A stretch of 27,174 nucleotides of DNA from a virus (taxonomy: Duplodnaviria; Caudoviricetes), in IMG/VR virus record IMGVR_UViG_3300044267_002770, positions 1-27,174 of that record; one strand, 5' to 3'. Every line of letters begins with the position of its first letter. Position 1 is the first letter of the stretch. Made by a program: the position numbers and the translations under genes. The notes under the pieces are model-generated. The model searched no databases. It was given only the letters and a program-made list of their open reading frames with translations, and had not been told where the DNA came from. Below, piece by piece: positions 25,911 to 27,174 of the stretch.

Positions 25911-26308
25911 TACACATGCCCTCCATAGTTTTCGTTATTAACATCATACCTTGTTTCTCTATCTGATTCGGGTTCATTCATATGAGGGACTTCATCAACC
26001 CCTGTACCATACTCAAGTATAGCATCTTTAAATTTATTATCTAAAGATTGTTCCCACTTACTTGTGTTTTCATTTAACCAATCATCAGTATCTTCTAATG
26101 ATATATCTTTAGGTAGTTCGATAGTTATTTTAGCCACCTTGTGATACACTCTGCGTTCAGTTATCGTAACGCTACGCATACCAAAATGCTTTATATCGTT
26201 AGTTAGTAAGGCTCTATTAAGTTCAGCCATATCTTTAACATGATCTTTTTCTGGTCTGTTTCGATTGTATTGGTCAATCAAAAACTTTTGGTGTTCTTCA
26301 CTTCTCAT
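25910..26308 (-). CDS. Hypothetical protein, 132 aa
   Basis: A-rich leader (TAAAACTAAAAATT-ATG), operon packing. Confidence 0.75.
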   Translation of the reverse strand: MRSEEHQKFLIDQYNRNRPEKDHVKDMAELNRALLTNDIKHFGMRSVTITERRVYHKVAKITIELPKDISLEDTDDWLNENTSKWEQSLDNKFKDAILEYGTGVDEVPHMNEPESDRETRYDVNNENYGGHV

Positions 26309-26325
26309 AATTTTTAGTTTTAAGG

Positions 26326-26730
26326 TTATTGTAATTCTACAACCATGTTAATATTAAATACTTCGTAGTAATCTCCTATATCTGAATGTATAGCGTTGTC
26401 CTCTCCTATACATACCATAGTTCTTCCAAATACATTAAATTCATCATCACTACAACTATCATAAGCCATATCCCATATAAAAGAGTTTACTGCATCTACA
26501 TCCTTATACCCCTCGTGCCATTTAAGGTGGTTTCCATGATAGATAACATAATCTGTTGTCTCATCTACAAGATCATCATTATCATTATACATAACATACT
26601 TCTGCTTATAATCCTCTTTAGTAAAGGCAGGGAAATCTCCCTCAAGTAATTTGTGTTCGTTCATGATAGCATCTAATTCTTTCTCATCTCTTTTTGGTAC
26701 TGCTATATGTACCTCGCTTCTGTATCCCAT
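26326..26730 (-). CDS. Conserved phage early hypothetical protein (MGYRSEV family), 134 aa
   Basis: MGYRSEV...LKW..Y.DV...IGED motif pattern seen in many phages. Confidence 0.8.
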   Translation of the reverse strand: MGYRSEVHIAVPKRDEKELDAIMNEHKLLEGDFPAFTKEDYKQKYVMYNDNDDLVDETTDYVIYHGNHLKWHEGYKDVDAVNSFIWDMAYDSCSDDEFNVFGRTMVCIGEDNAIHSDIGDYYEVFNINMVVELQ

Positions 26731-26735
26731 AATTT

Positions 26736-27065
26736 CTAGTTGTTTTGGTTATAATCTTTAATAAATTCTACTACTGCGTCATAAGTATCACCCATCTCAG
26801 CAATTTGAAGGTGGTGCATTATATCTGACATCTGACCATCTTCAGCTACATCAAAGCATTTATGTATGACAGGCATAAGCCAATCCCAAGATACATTGTA
26901 AGATAGTTCGTGTTCTTCATACCAAACATTATTATGATTGTAGTTTAATAAACCACTATTGAACACCTCTGTATCCAATCCCATAAATTCAGCAATCAAT
27001 ATATTGTTCATAATAATATTGTCTTGCTTACTTGTTTCTATTGCATCTTTACTTCTTAAGTCCAT
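26736..27065 (-). CDS. Conserved Bacteroidota-phage hypothetical protein (LIAEFMG..SWDWLMPV..VVEFI family), 109 aa
   Basis: Motifs as named; alternative start at 27011. Confidence 0.75.
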   Translation of the reverse strand: MDLRSKDAIETSKQDNIIMNNILIAEFMGLDTEVFNSGLLNYNHNNVWYEEHELSYNVSWDWLMPVIHKCFDVAEDGQMSDIMHHLQIAEMGDTYDAVVEFIKDYNQNN

Positions 27066-27094
27066 CGTTATATTCTTTAATAAATTCTACTACT
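26748..27094. repeat. 28-bp direct repeat pair (26748-26775 and 27067-27094, 27/28 identical)
   Basis: GTTATA(A/T)TCTTTAATAAATTCTACTACT encodes the shared C-terminus of two tandem paralogs. Confidence 0.85.
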
Positions 27095-27174
27095 AAATAA
27101 TGTACTTGTTGTATGTTAGGTACTGCTAATCTAATTTCATCAAAACCCCAATAATCTAATTCGGGATTCTCAAG
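27049..27174 (-). CDS. 3' end of a paralog of the 26736-27065 gene (…VHYLVVEFIKEYNDGLKK), start outside the window
   Basis: Open frame to the window edge; shares VVEFIK(D/E)YN. Confidence 0.7.
   Translation of the reverse strand, partial: LENPELDYWGFDEIRLAVPNIQQVHYLVVEFIKEYNDGLKK

Noticed and set aside
21336-26649. + strand ORFs in the early arm
   Set aside because: Antisense shadows of recognisable minus-strand genes
1-27174. Stop-codon reassignment (TAG/TGA) as in some crAss-like phages
   Set aside because: Genes of 7 kb are intact in code 11, and TAG/TGA end tightly packed genes such as dnaB at the expected positions

Overview
AT-rich dsDNA phage genome fragment, most likely a podovirus of a Bacteroidota (Flavobacteriia-type) host. 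Support for the host: TAnnTTTG-type promoters, A-rich Shine-Dalgarno-less starts, and a crAss-like/P22 gp10-type tail stabilization protein. The + strand (1-17506) carries the end of the virion module: a giant tail stabilization/nozzle protein that is open from base 1, so its start lies upstream, followed by three putative ejection (internal virion) proteins of 395, 492 and 2481 aa. The - strand (about 17799-27174) carries a convergent early/replication arm: endonuclease I-like nuclease, small HNH-like protein, PD-(D/E)xK protein, Nmad1/DUF1599, DnaB, initiator-like protein, SSB, HTH, RecE/ExoVIII-like nuclease, ERF and small hypotheticals. Three things stand out. (1) A ~100-nt ATG-less unit at the late/early junction (17553-17656) has its own promoter and terminator and is complementary to the translation starts of several replication/recombination genes, making it a candidate multi-target phage antisense sRNA. 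(2) The 2481-aa protein looks polyvalent: it embeds a T3 SAM-lyase/DUF3293-like domain, an HExxH zincin and an unknown ~300-aa cassette bounded by repeated IR(M/F)Q motifs. (3) Two structured intergenic RNAs have alternative pairings. All family assignments are by-eye motif recognition; no searches were run.
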